A stretch of 64,000 nt of DNA from Haliotis rufescens (taxonomy: Eukaryota), in the NCBI RefSeq assembly GCF_023055435.1, contig NW_025963857.1:27838001-27902000 (forward strand), read 5' to 3'. Position numbers and translations under genes: made by a program. Of this stretch, positions 63,372 to 64,000 are shown one piece after another (the first letter of the stretch is position 1; the number at the start of each line of letters is the position of its first letter). Under the pieces are notes generated by a model. It did no database searches. It saw only the letters and a program-made list of their open reading frames with translations, and was not told the DNA's origin.

Positions 63372-63496
63372 CTCTGAGCAATACCCAGAGCCTTGTGTTG
63401 CAGCCTGTCCCTAGGCCTGTTGGACTGCGGAGCCCCTGGCTGGGAGATCACCTGACTCAGCAGCCTGCTTAGTTTGGTCAACCTCTTTTCGTGGTT
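63372..63496 (-). CDS. NUP93: Single exon resembling nucleoporin NUP93 (possibly a pseudogene fragment)
   Basis: TGTTTCAG|125 nt|GTGAGT; translation NHEKRLTKLSRLLSQVISQPGAPQSNRPRDRLQHKALGIAQR aligns with recalled human [40 protein letters not shown]. Confidence 0.7.
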
Positions 63497-63589
63497 CTGA
63501 AACATCAGTATGAATTGTTTGTGTGTTGTTGTACCTACATGCTGTTCCTAAATGGACGAACACGTTCTCTGGGGATGCCAACTTACGTT

Positions 63590-63872
63590 ATGAGTGAGTG
63601 AGTGAGTTGGGTTTAACGCCGCTTTTAACAGTATTCCAGTTATATCACGGCGTAGGAGATTAACGTGGGAGGAAAGCCCGAACTGACGCAGGTCTGAGAC
63701 GTTTACCGCTTCGGTGAAACCCACGAGCAAGTGTATGGTACTGACAAACCTGGAAATCTAATCAGGGCGAACCGGGATTCAAACTAACAATCATAGGTTT
63801 CTGGCGTGCCCAAGGGACGCAACTATGCACAGCGAAACGCGGCGCCTTAGACAACTTGGCCACCCGTGCCCC
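63590..63872 (-). mobile_element. SINE family D, full length
   Basis: Homology; (GAGT)n tail on the plus strand. Confidence 0.92.
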
Positions 63873-64000
63873 CGCTTCATCCAAGAATCCCTAATGTAAT
63901 GAAATGTTATGGTTAACCATATGCCAGATTCCTCACTACAAATTGTCAGACTACTGTTGGATATGTTATATGGCAGTGTATTTTATTGTTTAACAATTAT

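Overview
This is eukaryotic (animal) genomic DNA: AT-rich, repeat-dominated, with two assembly gaps. The SINE repertoire suggests a gastropod mollusc such as abalone (Haliotis-like); this is an inference from recalled repeat families. Almost all short ORFs in the supplied track are spurious or transposon debris. Content: (i) about 30 SINE copies from four families - A (non-tRNA, structured 5' head), B (tRNA-Asp head), C (tRNA head with CA-rich 3' part) and D (Leu/Ser-type tRNA head with V-domain-like body) - many with clear target-site duplications; (ii) LINE remnants: CR1/L2-type (including one near full-length element with ORF1, a 2A-like peptide and a deleted RT core), L1/Tx1, I/Nimb-like and R4/Dong-like RLE; (iii) Penelope-like elements, including a Naiad-type copy with the endonuclease upstream of RT; (iv) DNA transposons: a full-length Tc1 with an open DD34E transposase, Tc1 and mariner remnants, FLYWCH/MULE pieces and HINE/Helentron-like elements; (v) mini- and microsatellites, a 4x173-bp array and a ~1-kb duplication; (vi) one recognisable host-gene exon (NUP93-like) with no recognisable downstream partner exons. 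No prokaryotic-type system, CRISPR array, rRNA or genuine tRNA gene is present. The most intriguing observations are the four-way-junction head of SINE family A and a 3' stem-loop that covaries across five retroelement families.
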